Below are positions 35,670 through 45,474 of a stretch of 56,372 nt of DNA, piece by piece; within the stretch, counting starts at the first letter, position 1; the number at the start of each line of letters is the position of its first letter. Source of the DNA: a virus (Duplodnaviria; Caudoviricetes). Under the pieces are notes generated by a model. The model was not told the origin of the DNA. It saw only the letters and a program-made list of their open reading frames with translations, and made no database searches. Position numbers and translations under genes: made by a program. The stretch spans positions 1 through 56,372 of the IMG/VR virus record IMGVR_UViG_3300032893_000057; one strand, 5' to 3'.

Positions 35670-38600
35670 ATGGCTGACCCCGCCATCTCGGCCCAGGCCG
35701 CCCTCGCCCGCGCCGGGTACTCGGGGGGCGCCGGAGGCGTGCGCTCGGTCGCGGATGCCATCGGCCCGGGCGCTGCGGCGTGGACGCCCGGCGGCTGGGG
35801 CGCGGTGTACTCGGCCGGGGCATCGCTACCGCGGTCGACCCAGACCTTCCAGGACGGCCAGTTCGGCCCGCTGGCCCCGCTCCAGCCCTACCCGATCGAC
35901 CTGGGCGAGCCGCCCTCAGACCGGCCCGCTCCGCGGCGCTGGCAGTACCCGGTGGGCTGGAACATCCTCACGGGCCAGCCCGGCACCGAGGGCGTCATGC
36001 TCGCCAACTTCCAGGTCTGCGAGGACTACGCCGAGCAGCCCACCGTCCCGCGCCACCTGATCGAGCACGTCAAGTGGAAGGTGCTCGCCCTGATCGGCGA
36101 CGACCTGGCCGAGAACATCGTGCCCACCCCCTCGGCCGAGAAGGCCATGCAGGGCAACCCGGCCAAGCGCAAGGACTTCGAGAGCCGCAAGGCCGAGATC
36201 CTCGACTGGTTCAAGAACCCCGACCCCGACGGCCACACCTCGGGCTTCGTGGACTGGCTGTCGCTCATCCTGGAGGACAACCTGGTCCTCGACGCCGTGG
36301 CGCTGCACGTCCAGCCCACGCTGAAGAAGGGCGCCGGGCCGGTCGACTCCAACCTCGGGGGCCTGGAGTACCTGTCGGGCGACACGATCAAGCCGCTGCT
36401 GACGCTGCACGGCGGCAGGCCGCGCCCGCCCCAGGTCGCCTACCAGTCGGTCATGTGGGGCGTGCCCCGCGTCGACCTCATGAGCCTGCTGGCCGACTTC
36501 TCCAACCCGTCGAACACCCTCGCCGACCTCCAGGCGCTCAACCCGATCCTGGAGGACCTGCTCGACGACCAGGACCAGTTCTCCGCCGACCAGTTGCTCT
36601 ACGTCGTCCAGAACCGGCGGCCGCGCACGCCCTACGGCTACGGCCCGATCGCTCAGTCCCTCCTCGCCGCCTCGATCCTCTTCGCCCGCCAGACCTGGCA
36701 GTTCGAGTGGTTCCAGTCGGGCTCGCTGCCCTCGGTGTTCCTCGACCCCGGCGAGTCGGTCGCCACGGCCGAGGAGGCGCGCCAGCTTCAGGAGGCCATC
36801 AACATGCTGGGCGGCGACCTGGGCGGGCGCCACCAGGTCATCGTCATCCCGCCCGGGGCGAAGAGCTACCCGCAGAAGGACGTCGACCTCACCTCCCAGA
36901 TCGACGAGTGGCTCGTGGCGCTGCTCTGCATGCCCTTCGGCCTGTCGATCTCCGACCTCGGCCTGACCCCGAAGATCGCCGCGCTGATGAGCCCGCAGGC
37001 GAGCAAGGGCGCGGCCCAGGTCGCCTCGGACCGCTCGACCGAGGCCGCCGTCATCCCCCGGGCGAAGACGCTCAAGGAGCAACTCTTCGACGTCATCCTC
37101 CAGCGCTACCTGGGCCAGACCGACATGTCCTGGTCCTGGGGCATCGAAGAGGGCGGCGAGAGCCTCAAGGACAAGATCGACCAGCAGGTCGAACTGGTCG
37201 GCAAGTCGATCATCACCATCGACGAGGCCCGGGTGGAGTTGGGTAAGGAGCCCCTCGGGCTGCCCGAGACCACCGTGCCCGTCAGCTTCACGCCGACCGG
37301 CGTCGTGCCCTTCGGCTCCCCGGCCCAGGAGGCGCTCGCCGCTGGCGAGCCCACCCAGGCCGACCAGGCCGCCATGGAGGCGAAGAAGCCGCCGCCCCTG
37401 CCGCCTGCGCTCGGCGGCCCTCCGGCTGGTGCGAGCGGCGACGGCGGCCCGCCGAAGCCGCCGGGCAAGACCCCGCCGACCAAGCCGGGCGCCAACGGCA
37501 ACGGGGCGAAGAAGCCGCCCGCTGCGGCGAACGGCTCGTCCGGTGGGCGCACGGCTGCGCCCCCGGCCAGCGACAGCCACGCCGCGGCCCGCGTCACCGA
37601 GGCCTCGTCCAAGCCGGGTGGCACGGGCGGGCGCCAGTCCCCCTCGACCGGCGGCACCACCACGCGCAAGCCCGCCAACGGCAACGGCAAGGCGGCGGCC
37701 ACGCCGGTCGCCAAGGTCGTGGCCGAGTGCGAGATCCTGCGGCGCCACCTCAAGCGCGGCGGCGCCCTGGAGGAGTTCGAGCCCCGAGCGCTGCCCGAGG
37801 GCGTGCTGCGCGTCGCCAAGGGCCACACGAGCGCCGACGGCATCGTCTGGGCGGTGACCAAGGCGGCCAAGCGCCGCGCCCGGCGCGACGTCGCCCTCGA
37901 CCCGATCCGCCAGAAGACCACGGCCACGGTCGGCGCCCTGGCGAACCAGGTCGCAGCGGGCACCCTCGGGGCCGACGCCTTCACCTCCAGCGCACGCGAC
38001 GTCATGGCGGACGGCTACAGCGACGCCTACGGCGCCGGGAGCGCGCATGCGGCCGAGGACCTCAAGGGCGACGCCGAGGACGACTGGGACGACGAGAGCG
38101 CCACCAGGGCCGACGCCCAGCGGCCCTACCTGGCCGACTTCGCCGCCGCCATCCTGGCGGGCCTGGCAGGCACCGAGATCGCGGACCGGGCCGGGCTGTA
38201 CGGCGACACGATGACCGGCGCCTACGAGGAGGGCTACGGCACCACCGCCAGCGACACGCTCGACAACCCGCTGATCACCTGGCACCTGGGCGACGCTGAC
38301 CACTGCGCCCTCTGCGAGGAGCGCGACGGCGAGCAGTACACCCCCGACGAGCTACCGGGCTGGCCCGGCGACGGCGACTTCGGCGACGTGTGCGAGGGCG
38401 GCCCGCGCTGCGCCTGCTGGCTGGAGTACGGCGAGGGCGAGGCGGCGACCGATACCCCGAGCGGGGCGCGCGCCACCGACCTGGGCCCGGCCACGGCCGA
38501 GGAGGCCGACGCCCAGATGGCGGGCTTCGACGACGGGACCATGGCTGCCGAGGCGGACCAGCCGAAGATCCGCCGGGACACGACGAAGGCGGTCGCTGCC

Positions 38601-40064
38601 GAGGCCACGAAGGCGATCCACAAGGCGGGCAACCCCGACGCCCTGCGCGACTGGTACAACGACGGCGCGGGCGGCCAGATCGACTGGGGCTCCGAGGGCG
38701 ACTTCGATGCCTGCGTCGACGTCGCCAGCCAGTACATGGACGACGACCAGGCGCGCGGCTTCTGCAACCTGCGCCACCAGGACGCCGTCGGCGGGCCGCC
38801 GGGCACCGAGAAGGCCGTGGGCGACCAGGGCCAGGCGGGCGTGCTCCAGTCGCCGCCGGGCTTCGACAAGGACTTCGGGCTGGCGGGCCCGTCCGGCGTC
38901 AGCTTCACCCCCTTCGACCTGGCTGGCCCCGGCGGGCAGACGGCGCCGAACAACGTGGGCGAGCGCCGCCGCTTCCGCCCGGCCAAGCGCACCACCGACT
39001 TCGCCGAGGTCGTCGCCACCTTCGCCACCCCGCTCACCGCGGCCGAGGCATTCGGCAAGGGCCTCTGGGACCCCGAGACGCACGAGGTCAAGGGCCGCAA
39101 CATCGTCAAGCGCTCGGGCGGCTGGCACTCGGGCGACGGGCTGAGTCCCGACGCCTCCGAGGACGACCTCACCGAGCACATCCTGAGCGACCACTCGCCG
39201 CGGGTGCGCGTCGCCGACCTCCCCGGCGGCCGGGACGCCCTCGACCACTTCCATGCCGGGCTGCACGTGGACCATGGCGAGATCGGGGCGCACCGGGTGC
39301 CCACGTGGGCCGACAAGGCGACGAACGGCACCGAGGCATGGGACAACGCCCAGAGCCATCCCGACGTCACCGGGAGCGGCGTAGACGCCCCGCTGCTGAG
39401 CCACCCGGCGAGCATGCAGGGCGCCGACATCGTCGCCGCGGGCCTGGCCGTGCGCGCCGAGGACACCGGGCGGGTGCTGATGCTCCAGCGCGCCCTGTCC
39501 GACGGCGCTGACCCGGCCTCGGGCAAGACCGACCCGGCGGCCGGGAAGTGGGAGTTCCCCGGCGGCAAGCTGGAGCCGCGTGAGACGCCCTGGGAGGCAG
39601 CGGTCAGGGAGTGGCAGGAGGAGACGGGCCTCACCCTGCCGATCGGCCGGGTGGTGAACAACTGGCGCAGCCCGAACGGCGTCTACGAGGGCTTCGTCTA
39701 CTCGGTCGGCGCCGAGGAGACGCTGCCGATCAACGACCCGGCGCACGCGGCGGTGATCAACCCCGACGACCCCGACGGCGACATCACCGAGACGCTCGCC
39801 TGGTGGAACCCCGACGACATCCCGAACAACCCGGGCGTCCGCTCCGAGGTCCTGGAGGGCACCGACTGGCGCGCGCTGCGCACCCCGACGATGCTCACCG
39901 CCAAGGTCGGCAAGGAGGAGGTCCACTACCGCCCGGCGACCGACGTGGCGATGCGTTGCGGCACCTGTTCGATGTTCTTGCCAGAGGGCGCCTGCACGCT
40001 CGTGGCGGGCACGATCGACGCCGCAGCGGTGTGCGACCAGTGGGACCCTCAGCAGCCGTCCTAG
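35670..40064 (+). CDS. Portal protein fused to MuF-like, NUDIX and HiPIP-like domains
   Basis: Portal (DNLVLDA...L.GDTIKPL...R..TPYGYGPI...ITIDEARVELG..P); MuF HC.LC...CACW; NUDIX box PGGKLE..E....AAVREWQEETG; C..C.MF....C.LV.G.I....C..W. Confidence 0.85.
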   Translation: MADPAISAQAALARAGYSGGAGGVRSVADAIGPGAAAWTPGGWGAVYSAGASLPRSTQTFQDGQFGPLAPLQPYPIDLGEPPSDRPAPRRWQYPVGWNILTGQPGTEGVMLANFQVCEDYAEQPTVPRHLIEHVKWKVLALIGDDLAENIVPTPSAEKAMQGNPAKRKDFESRKAEILDWFKNPDPDGHTSGFVDWLSLILEDNLVLDAVALHVQPTLKKGAGPVDSNLGGLEYLSGDTIKPLLTLHGGRPRPPQVAYQSVMWGVPRVDLMSLLADFSNPSNTLADLQALNPILEDLLDDQDQFSADQLLYVVQNRRPRTPYGYGPIAQSLLAASILFARQTWQFEWFQSGSLPSVFLDPGESVATAEEARQLQEAINMLGGDLGGRHQVIVIPPGAKSYPQKDVDLTSQIDEWLVALLCMPFGLSISDLGLTPKIAALMSPQASKGAAQVASDRSTEAAVIPRAKTLKEQLFDVILQRYLGQTDMSWSWGIEEGGESLKDKIDQQVELVGKSIITIDEARVELGKEPLGLPETTVPVSFTPTGVVPFGSPAQEALAAGEPTQADQAAMEAKKPPPLPPALGGPPAGASGDGGPPKPPGKTPPTKPGANGNGAKKPPAAANGSSGGRTAAPPASDSHAAARVTEASSKPGGTGGRQSPSTGGTTTRKPANGNGKAAATPVAKVVAECEILRRHLKRGGALEEFEPRALPEGVLRVAKGHTSADGIVWAVTKAAKRRARRDVALDPIRQKTTATVGALANQVAAGTLGADAFTSSARDVMADGYSDAYGAGSAHAAEDLKGDAEDDWDDESATRADAQRPYLADFAAAILAGLAGTEIADRAGLYGDTMTGAYEEGYGTTASDTLDNPLITWHLGDADHCALCEERDGEQYTPDELPGWPGDGDFGDVCEGGPRCACWLEYGEGEAATDTPSGARATDLGPATAEEADAQMAGFDDGTMAAEADQPKIRRDTTKAVAAEATKAIHKAGNPDALRDWYNDGAGGQIDWGSEGDFDACVDVASQYMDDDQARGFCNLRHQDAVGGPPGTEKAVGDQGQAGVLQSPPGFDKDFGLAGPSGVSFTPFDLAGPGGQTAPNNVGERRRFRPAKRTTDFAEVVATFATPLTAAEAFGKGLWDPETHEVKGRNIVKRSGGWHSGDGLSPDASEDDLTEHILSDHSPRVRVADLPGGRDALDHFHAGLHVDHGEIGAHRVPTWADKATNGTEAWDNAQSHPDVTGSGVDAPLLSHPASMQGADIVAAGLAVRAEDTGRVLMLQRALSDGADPASGKTDPAAGKWEFPGGKLEPRETPWEAAVREWQEETGLTLPIGRVVNNWRSPNGVYEGFVYSVGAEETLPINDPAHAAVINPDDPDGDITETLAWWNPDDIPNNPGVRSEVLEGTDWRALRTPTMLTAKVGKEEVHYRPATDVAMRCGTCSMFLPEGACTLVAGTIDAAAVCDQWDPQQPS

Positions 40065-42592
40065 CCCGAGCGGAGGCGATCAAGGACCGGATCGCGTACG
40101 CCCGCGGCCTGAAGTACAGCCCAGACCAGCCCCGTGACGAGCGCGGGCGCTTCGGCTCCGGCGGCGATGGCGGGGCTGCCAAGCCGGTCATCGACCGTGT
40201 GCCGGGCCCCGACGAGGCCCTGGCGCGTATGCACGAGGTCAACGACCTCAACGCCCGGCTGGTCGCCGAGGGCAAGGACACCGAACATCTCTACGCCGCT
40301 GACGGCTCGCCGCCTCCGCCGGGGCTCTACACGGCCGAGCGCGCCGCCCAGCACGCGCAGATCATCGCCGACCTCATGGCGCGCAACGCCGACGTCCCGG
40401 CCGAGGGGAAGGCGATCGTGCTCGGCGGGCTCCCCGGTGCCGGGAAGACCTACGCGATCGACCACCTGCCCGAGGACGCCAAGGCAGTGATCGGCGACAT
40501 CGACCGATCGCAGTACATCACCATCAACCCCGACGACATGAAGGCCGAGCTACAGGCCCGCGGGATGGTCCCGGACTACCCCGGCCTGAAGGGCATGGAG
40601 GCGAGCCCGCAGATCCACGAAGAGTCGAGCTACTTGGCGGCCCAACTCATGGCCGCGGCCCTGGAGAACCACCAGAACGTGATCCTCGACGGCACCCTCG
40701 GCACGACCGGCGGCACGCTGCGGAAGATGGGCGCGCTGGAGGCGGCGGGCTACCAGCCGCCGATCGGCCTCTACGTCCACGTCGACGACTCGGCCGCGTC
40801 GCAGGGCGCCATCGACCGCTTCGCCCGTGGCATGGCGTCGCCGGACGGGCCGCGCGCTGTCGCCCCTGACTTCCTCCAGCAGGTCGAGTCCGGCGCCCAC
40901 TTCCCGAACCGGGAGAACTTCGACTCGATCACACCCCGGATGGGCTCCTACGTGGTGCTCGACTCGTCGGACAAGGCGGCGGGCCCGAAGCTCGTCGCTT
41001 CCGGCGGCTCGGGCGCCAGTGTGAAGTCGTTCCTGGCCGCCATCCGGAAGGCCCTCAAGTTCAGCGAGGACCAGCCGCGGGACGAGCGTGGGCGCTTCGG
41101 CTCTGGCGGTGGGAGCCCCTCGACGACCGCTGAGCGCCTGGCGCACGGCGAGGCGGTCAGCATGAAGCCCTCGGCCGTCGGGCCGCTCCTCGACCACGCC
41201 GCGACCGCGTCGGAGCCCGTCAACCTCAGCAACGTGCGCGTCGAGGGCCGGTCGAACCTCTTCGGCTCCGAGCACGGCGTCGCGCGCGACCAGATGCCGG
41301 TGATCCCCTCGACGGACCCCGCGGTGATCGGCCGGTTCGCCGACCAGCTTCGCCAAGCGGGGATCCCGTCGCGCTACGAGCAGGTCGACCCCCGCACGCT
41401 GTCGGCCACGCAGGGCGAGATGGACGCGCGCAAGGTCGGCCAGATGCTCGACACGGTCCGCAACGCCGGGGGCGTCGAGAACCACACCCTCGTCGTGTCC
41501 CGCAACGGCGACGTCCTCGACGGCCACCACCGCTGGGCAGCGAACGCCGCCTACGCCATGGACAACCCGGGCCACACGATCCCGGTGCTGCGCGCCGACA
41601 CCGACATCCACACCCTGATCGACGAGGGCCACAAGTTCGACGCCAACGAGGGCATCGAGACCCGCCAGTTCGGCAAGGTGATGCACGGCGCCATCCTCAA
41701 GGCGCTGATCGGCCGGGCCGACGCGCAGAAGGTCGACTTCTTCACCGACGAGGACGGGACCGTCCGCCCGATCCGGGGCTCTGACGGCTACTCAGACGAC
41801 GGTGGCGGCGGCGGGGGCGGTGGAGGAGGGTCGCGGTCCCCGGAGCCGACGCCACCGCCGGAGCACGGGGTGGAGTCCTGGGAGGAGAGCGGCCGGGGCG
41901 GCGGCGAGCACGGCATGTACTCGGTCGAGACCCCCGACGTCGGGACCGGGTTCATCGGCCTGAAGGTCGACGCGTCCGCCGAGCGCGTGAACGACGACGC
42001 CAACAACAAGGCACTGGCTGAGCGCGCCCTCAAGCAGATCGCCGCACTGGCCGACCGCTACCCGCAGGTGGCGGAGGAGGCCGCGGCGCACGGCGGCCTC
42101 GGCATCCGCGTCCTGAGCAGTACCCGGGCGGGCCTGGAGTTGGGCACGACCATCGACTCACGCACCGCGGCGTTCACGCTCAGCGACAGCCGGACCGGCG
42201 GCATGTTCTCGGGCGACATCCACGTCATCGCCAGCGGCAGCACATGGCAGCCGGGCACTCAGCAGCCCAGCCTGGAGGACATCAACAACGGCACGGCCGG
42301 GGTGTTCGGCACCTCGACGGAGGGCGCCCTCACCCATGAGTTCGGGCACCTGGTCGACTACTCGACGAGCACGCCCAGCGCCACGCGGGCGGCGTTCAGC
42401 GAGATCGTCGGCAACCAGGGCGCCCCCCGCGACGCCTCCGGGCGTCAGCCCATGGACTACATGAGCACCTACGGCAGGACCAACGCAAAGGAGGCGTTCG
42501 CCGAGGCGTTCGCTGCCTACCACATGACCGGCGGCCAGACGACCAACCCGGTCGTGCAGGCCTACGCCACCCGCTTCGGCTGGAAGGCCTAG
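40040..42592 (+). CDS. Polyvalent protein: Zeta-toxin-like P-loop kinase + ParB-like + zincin metallopeptidase (start approximate)
   Basis: GGLPGAGKT...INPDDMK...HEES...NVILDGT; ATQ...VLDGHHRWAA; THEFGH...STYG..N..E.FAEAF. Confidence 0.82.
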   Translation: MGPSAAVLARAEAIKDRIAYARGLKYSPDQPRDERGRFGSGGDGGAAKPVIDRVPGPDEALARMHEVNDLNARLVAEGKDTEHLYAADGSPPPPGLYTAERAAQHAQIIADLMARNADVPAEGKAIVLGGLPGAGKTYAIDHLPEDAKAVIGDIDRSQYITINPDDMKAELQARGMVPDYPGLKGMEASPQIHEESSYLAAQLMAAALENHQNVILDGTLGTTGGTLRKMGALEAAGYQPPIGLYVHVDDSAASQGAIDRFARGMASPDGPRAVAPDFLQQVESGAHFPNRENFDSITPRMGSYVVLDSSDKAAGPKLVASGGSGASVKSFLAAIRKALKFSEDQPRDERGRFGSGGGSPSTTAERLAHGEAVSMKPSAVGPLLDHAATASEPVNLSNVRVEGRSNLFGSEHGVARDQMPVIPSTDPAVIGRFADQLRQAGIPSRYEQVDPRTLSATQGEMDARKVGQMLDTVRNAGGVENHTLVVSRNGDVLDGHHRWAANAAYAMDNPGHTIPVLRADTDIHTLIDEGHKFDANEGIETRQFGKVMHGAILKALIGRADAQKVDFFTDEDGTVRPIRGSDGYSDDGGGGGGGGGGSRSPEPTPPPEHGVESWEESGRGGGEHGMYSVETPDVGTGFIGLKVDASAERVNDDANNKALAERALKQIAALADRYPQVAEEAAAHGGLGIRVLSSTRAGLELGTTIDSRTAAFTLSDSRTGGMFSGDIHVIASGSTWQPGTQQPSLEDINNGTAGVFGTSTEGALTHEFGHLVDYSTSTPSATRAAFSEIVGNQGAPRDASGRQPMDYMSTYGRTNAKEAFAEAFAAYHMTGGQTTNPVVQAYATRFGWKA

Positions 42593-42759
42593 TCCTTCGG
42601 CGGAGGCGGCCAGTGCCGGGCGAGCGCCTGGCGGGCAAGCTCCAGGTCGTGCAGGTCCGGCTCGACGTCGTCGGGCGGCAGCTTCGGCGGGTGCTCCGGG
42701 TCGAAGGTGTCCTGGATGATCACCGGCTTGCCCCGCTTGCCCTTCTTCGGCTTCGTCAT
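42589..42759 (-). CDS. Small hypothetical protein
   Basis: ATGA coupling. Confidence 0.55.
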   Translation of the reverse strand: MTKPKKGKRGKPVIIQDTFDPEHPPKLPPDDVEPDLHDLELARQALARHWPPPPKD

Positions 42760-43079
42760 GCCAGCGCCGCCTGCGCCATCCCGACGGCGTGCGCCTGCTC
42801 GGAGGTGATCCACCCGCGGTTCACCGCCGCGATCACCTCGTCGTAGGTCCCGTCGACCGGGAACGTCGAGGACCGGTCGTCGATGTCGTTCCACCAGCGG
42901 ACGAAGTCGGCGCCCGAGTCCGTCGGCGGCAGGACCGTCGGTTTGGTCGCCATCGGCGACGCGCCCAGCGCCGCCAGCGCCTCGTCCCAGGTGATCTTGC
43001 CGTCGTGGTAGTCGGCCAGCGTGCGGGTGATCCGGGTCCCGGCCACCCTACGGAGCCTTGCTCTCAGCCACGCTCTCAT
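42756..43079 (-). CDS. Hypothetical protein
   Basis: SD GAGGT. Confidence 0.65.
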   Translation of the reverse strand: MRAWLRARLRRVAGTRITRTLADYHDGKITWDEALAALGASPMATKPTVLPPTDSGADFVRWWNDIDDRSSTFPVDGTYDEVIAAVNRGWITSEQAHAVGMAQAALA

Positions 43080-43096
43080 CGTACCTACCTCTCCTC

Positions 43097-43357
43097 TCAG
43101 AACCTCCGGTGGCTCAGCACTCGGAAGTTGGCGCCCTCGTAGCCCGGCGGCATCATCCGGGCGTGGCGGGGGCAGAACGGCATCTCGTCGACGTGCGGCG
43201 GCTTGCCCGCCAGCTTGTCCTCCTCGTAGTACCAGGACTCCTGGCGGATCATCACGGTCGCCCGGGTCGTGTGCTCGCGGTCCATGCGGCACAGACGGCC
43301 CTCACGCCGCAGCGCCTCCAGCTTCTCCCACTTCTCATGGCTGATCGAGTAGCCCAT
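43097..43357 (-). CDS. Hypothetical protein
   Basis: SD GGAGG. Confidence 0.7.
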   Translation of the reverse strand: MGYSISHEKWEKLEALRREGRLCRMDREHTTRATVMIRQESWYYEEDKLAGKPPHVDEMPFCPRHARMMPPGYEGANFRVLSHRRF

Positions 43358-43358
43358 C

Positions 43359-43688
43359 TCATGCCTCCCTCTCTGTCAGGCAGGCGTAGCGCCTGCACTC
43401 GCCCTCGTAGGCGAACCCGCAGCGCTCGCACTTCGGCGCTGCCGCGCACGCTGCGGAGGCCAAGTCCCTCTCCGCCCACGCCGCAGCGTCCCGGCTGGGG
43501 TAGGCGCGGTCGCCGGGGCGCTCGTCGCACACGACCCGCCACTTGCCGTCCGGGTAGTTCCGGCTCACGCAGCCGACCGCACCCGACGGGTAGCGGACGT
43601 TGTCGACGTACCAGCCGCCGTGACGCCAGCGGGAGTAGCTCGGTGACCAACTCATCTCCGCACCTCCTGGCTCGGGAACCTCACTCAC
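43359..43688 (-). CDS. Hypothetical protein, sigma28-type promoter
   Basis: GTG 9 nt after -10; alternative in-frame ATG with SD. Confidence 0.75.
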   Translation of the reverse strand: MSEVPEPGGAEMSWSPSYSRWRHGGWYVDNVRYPSGAVGCVSRNYPDGKWRVVCDERPGDRAYPSRDAAAWAERDLASAACAAAPKCERCGFAYEGECRRYACLTEREA

Positions 43689-43697
43689 GTCTTCTAT

Positions 43698-43724
43698 ATC
43701 GGCCGGTTCAGGCCGTGACTTGAG
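43698..43724 (-). promoter_or_regulatory. sigma28/FliA-type promoter
   Basis: CTCAAG-N15-GCCGAT-N9-GTG. Confidence 0.8.
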
Positions 43725-44424
43725 CACTCCCGGCGGCTTTCTTGGCGCAGCGGGAGCAGGTCAACTCGTCTCCCTCCCGAGCCCGGAACATGCCCCGGAT
43801 GAAGCCCCGGGCGCCGCAGACCAGCCGCAGCCGCCCGTCCACCTCGACGGCGTCGTGCACGATCCGCTGGCCGTTGGAGTAGTTCACCAGCCGGACCGTC
43901 TCGGCGCTCGCCACGGCCGCCTCACGGGCCACCTTCGCAGCAGCCTTCCGGGCTTTATCCTCGGCCCGCCAGGCCGCCGACTCGGCGGTCTCAAAGGTCA
44001 CCTGGCCGTAGTAGCGGACGTCGAAGTAGTCGGTCATCGTGTCTGACCCGTCGTGGTTGTACGCCCCGTGGATCCGCTCCAGCACGATCTGCGCTCGGCG
44101 CGCCGCGGGGTTTAGGACCTTGTGGGCGCTGGCGTGCGGGGAGTCGTTGCGGGCCGAGCACCAGTACGAGGTGCAGGAGCCGTCGCAGTCGACCCAGGCG
44201 CCGGACCAGCCGCGCACCGTGATGTTGATCGACTGCCCGCCCGAGTAGTGCTCGGAGGTGACGCTGTAGGTGGGGCCGTCGGGCAACGTGCCCTTGGCGA
44301 CCGCTCGCTTGATGTCGGCGCGCATCGCCTTGGCGATCTCGGTCGCGCCGCCCGTCACCTGGTGGTACCGCTCGCCGTACGTCCTGGTGGTCATCTCACT
44401 CGCTCCTCTCGGTGGCGTCTCCAC
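43708..44424 (-). CDS. LPD29-like protein (large-polyvalent-protein-associated domain)
   Basis: EIAK..R.DIK...YSV....YSGG.SI...YN.D.SD.MTDYFDV.YY. Confidence 0.6.
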   Translation of the reverse strand: METPPRGASEMTTRTYGERYHQVTGGATEIAKAMRADIKRAVAKGTLPDGPTYSVTSEHYSGGQSINITVRGWSGAWVDCDGSCTSYWCSARNDSPHASAHKVLNPAARRAQIVLERIHGAYNHDGSDTMTDYFDVRYYGQVTFETAESAAWRAEDKARKAAAKVAREAAVASAETVRLVNYSNGQRIVHDAVEVDGRLRLVCGARGFIRGMFRAREGDELTCSRCAKKAAGSAQVTA

Positions 44425-44433
44425 ACCTGATCT

Positions 44434-44460
44434 ATCGGCACGATCAGCCCTGGACTTGAG
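44434..44460 (-). promoter_or_regulatory. sigma28/FliA-type promoter
   Basis: CTCAAG-N15-GCCGAT-N9-GTG. Confidence 0.8.
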
Positions 44461-45175
44461 CCTTCACCTCGTCGGGGATCGCCTCGGTGCGGCCAACCCA
44501 CGAACCCTTCGCCCACCGGAACCCGGCGGCCTTGAGGGCGTCCAGGACGTCGCGTGCGGGCTTCTCGGCGAACGTCACGGTGCAGTAGCCGCTCGGGGCG
44601 TACCGGACGGCCACGCCGGACTCGCTGGCCTCCGCCTGCTCCCTGCGGGCCTGCTGGCGCTTGACCGCCACCAGCCGGTCACGGTCCCGCTTGATCGAGC
44701 CCGCCAGGTTGCTGATCTGGTAGCTGGGGTGGGGGACGGCCTGCGAGCGCTCGTAGGGGCTCATCGCCTTGAGCGCCGCTCGGTGTTCCCGGCGGAAGGC
44801 TGCGTTCGCCTCGACCATCTCGGCCCGCTCGGCCTCGCGTGCTGCGATGCGGGCCTCCAGGCGCTCGATGGCCTCGGGGTCGTCGTCGTAGATCGACTCG
44901 TCAAGCTGCGAGCGGATCGTCGACGCCCGGCTCGCCATCGACTCGGCCTTCGTAGCGTCCTCAAAGGCCCGCTCGTAGGTCCGGCCGATGCGGTCCCGGT
45001 AGCGCCGGTCGCCGCGCTCGGAGTGGTGGCCGACCAGGATCGGCTGACCGAAGGGGATGATCGAGCCCATCTGGCGGGCCTGCGCCAGCCCGGACTCCGC
45101 TCGGGCCTCACGCTTCTCGGCCCACTCGTCGAGCCGCTCGGCCCGTGCCTCGCGGCGCTCGCGGTACGTGCTCAT
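44444..45175 (-). CDS. DUF3560-domain protein
   Basis: YRERREARAER...IPFGQPILVGHHSE..DRR...I..DDP.AI..L...F..KP......LK..GFRW. Confidence 0.85.
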   Translation of the reverse strand: MSTYRERREARAERLDEWAEKREARAESGLAQARQMGSIIPFGQPILVGHHSERGDRRYRDRIGRTYERAFEDATKAESMASRASTIRSQLDESIYDDDPEAIERLEARIAAREAERAEMVEANAAFRREHRAALKAMSPYERSQAVPHPSYQISNLAGSIKRDRDRLVAVKRQQARREQAEASESGVAVRYAPSGYCTVTFAEKPARDVLDALKAAGFRWAKGSWVGRTEAIPDEVKAQVQG

Positions 45176-45438
45176 GACGCCACCTGCCGCCATGAATGCT
45201 CGCCGTAGTAGTCGCTCGGATCGACCCGGGGCTCACGCCCGCCGTTCCAGTTCCGGGCGTGGCGGTCGCAGCAGCCCATTTGGGGGAAGACCGAGCGGTA
45301 GGGCATCCGCCACGTGGCGACCTCACCGCACGCCTCCATCGGGCCGCTCCCGTCGGGCCTGCTGCCGTCGGGGCCGCCGCCGCACATCCTGACGAAGTCG
45401 CTCATCGGGCCACCTCTCTCGCTCGGGGAACCGCTCAC
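45172..45438 (-). CDS. Hypothetical protein, sigma28-type promoter
   Basis: Promoter spacing. Confidence 0.65.
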   Translation of the reverse strand: MSGSPSERGGPMSDFVRMCGGGPDGSRPDGSGPMEACGEVATWRMPYRSVFPQMGCCDRHARNWNGGREPRVDPSDYYGEHSWRQVAS

Positions 45439-45447
45439 GTCTCTTAT

Positions 45448-45474
45448 ATCGGCAGGATGGGGCGCCGACTTGAG
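45448..45474 (-). promoter_or_regulatory. sigma28/FliA-type promoter
   Basis: CTCAAG-N15-GCCGAT-N9-GTG. Confidence 0.8.

Noticed and set aside
35916-39926. Long minus-strand ORFs opposite the portal (795 and 524 aa), and similar ones opposite ERF, the DUF932-like gene and the G8-like gene
   Set aside because: These are in-register antisense shadows expected in high-GC genes. They show no recognisable motifs and the sense strand is clearly coding, unlike the intein case where the motifs are on the minus strand.
39611-40039. N-terminal 143 codons of the 993-aa ORF
   Set aside because: They overlap the portal NUDIX/HiPIP-like coding region in another frame and read as off-frame sequence; the real start is near 40031-40040.
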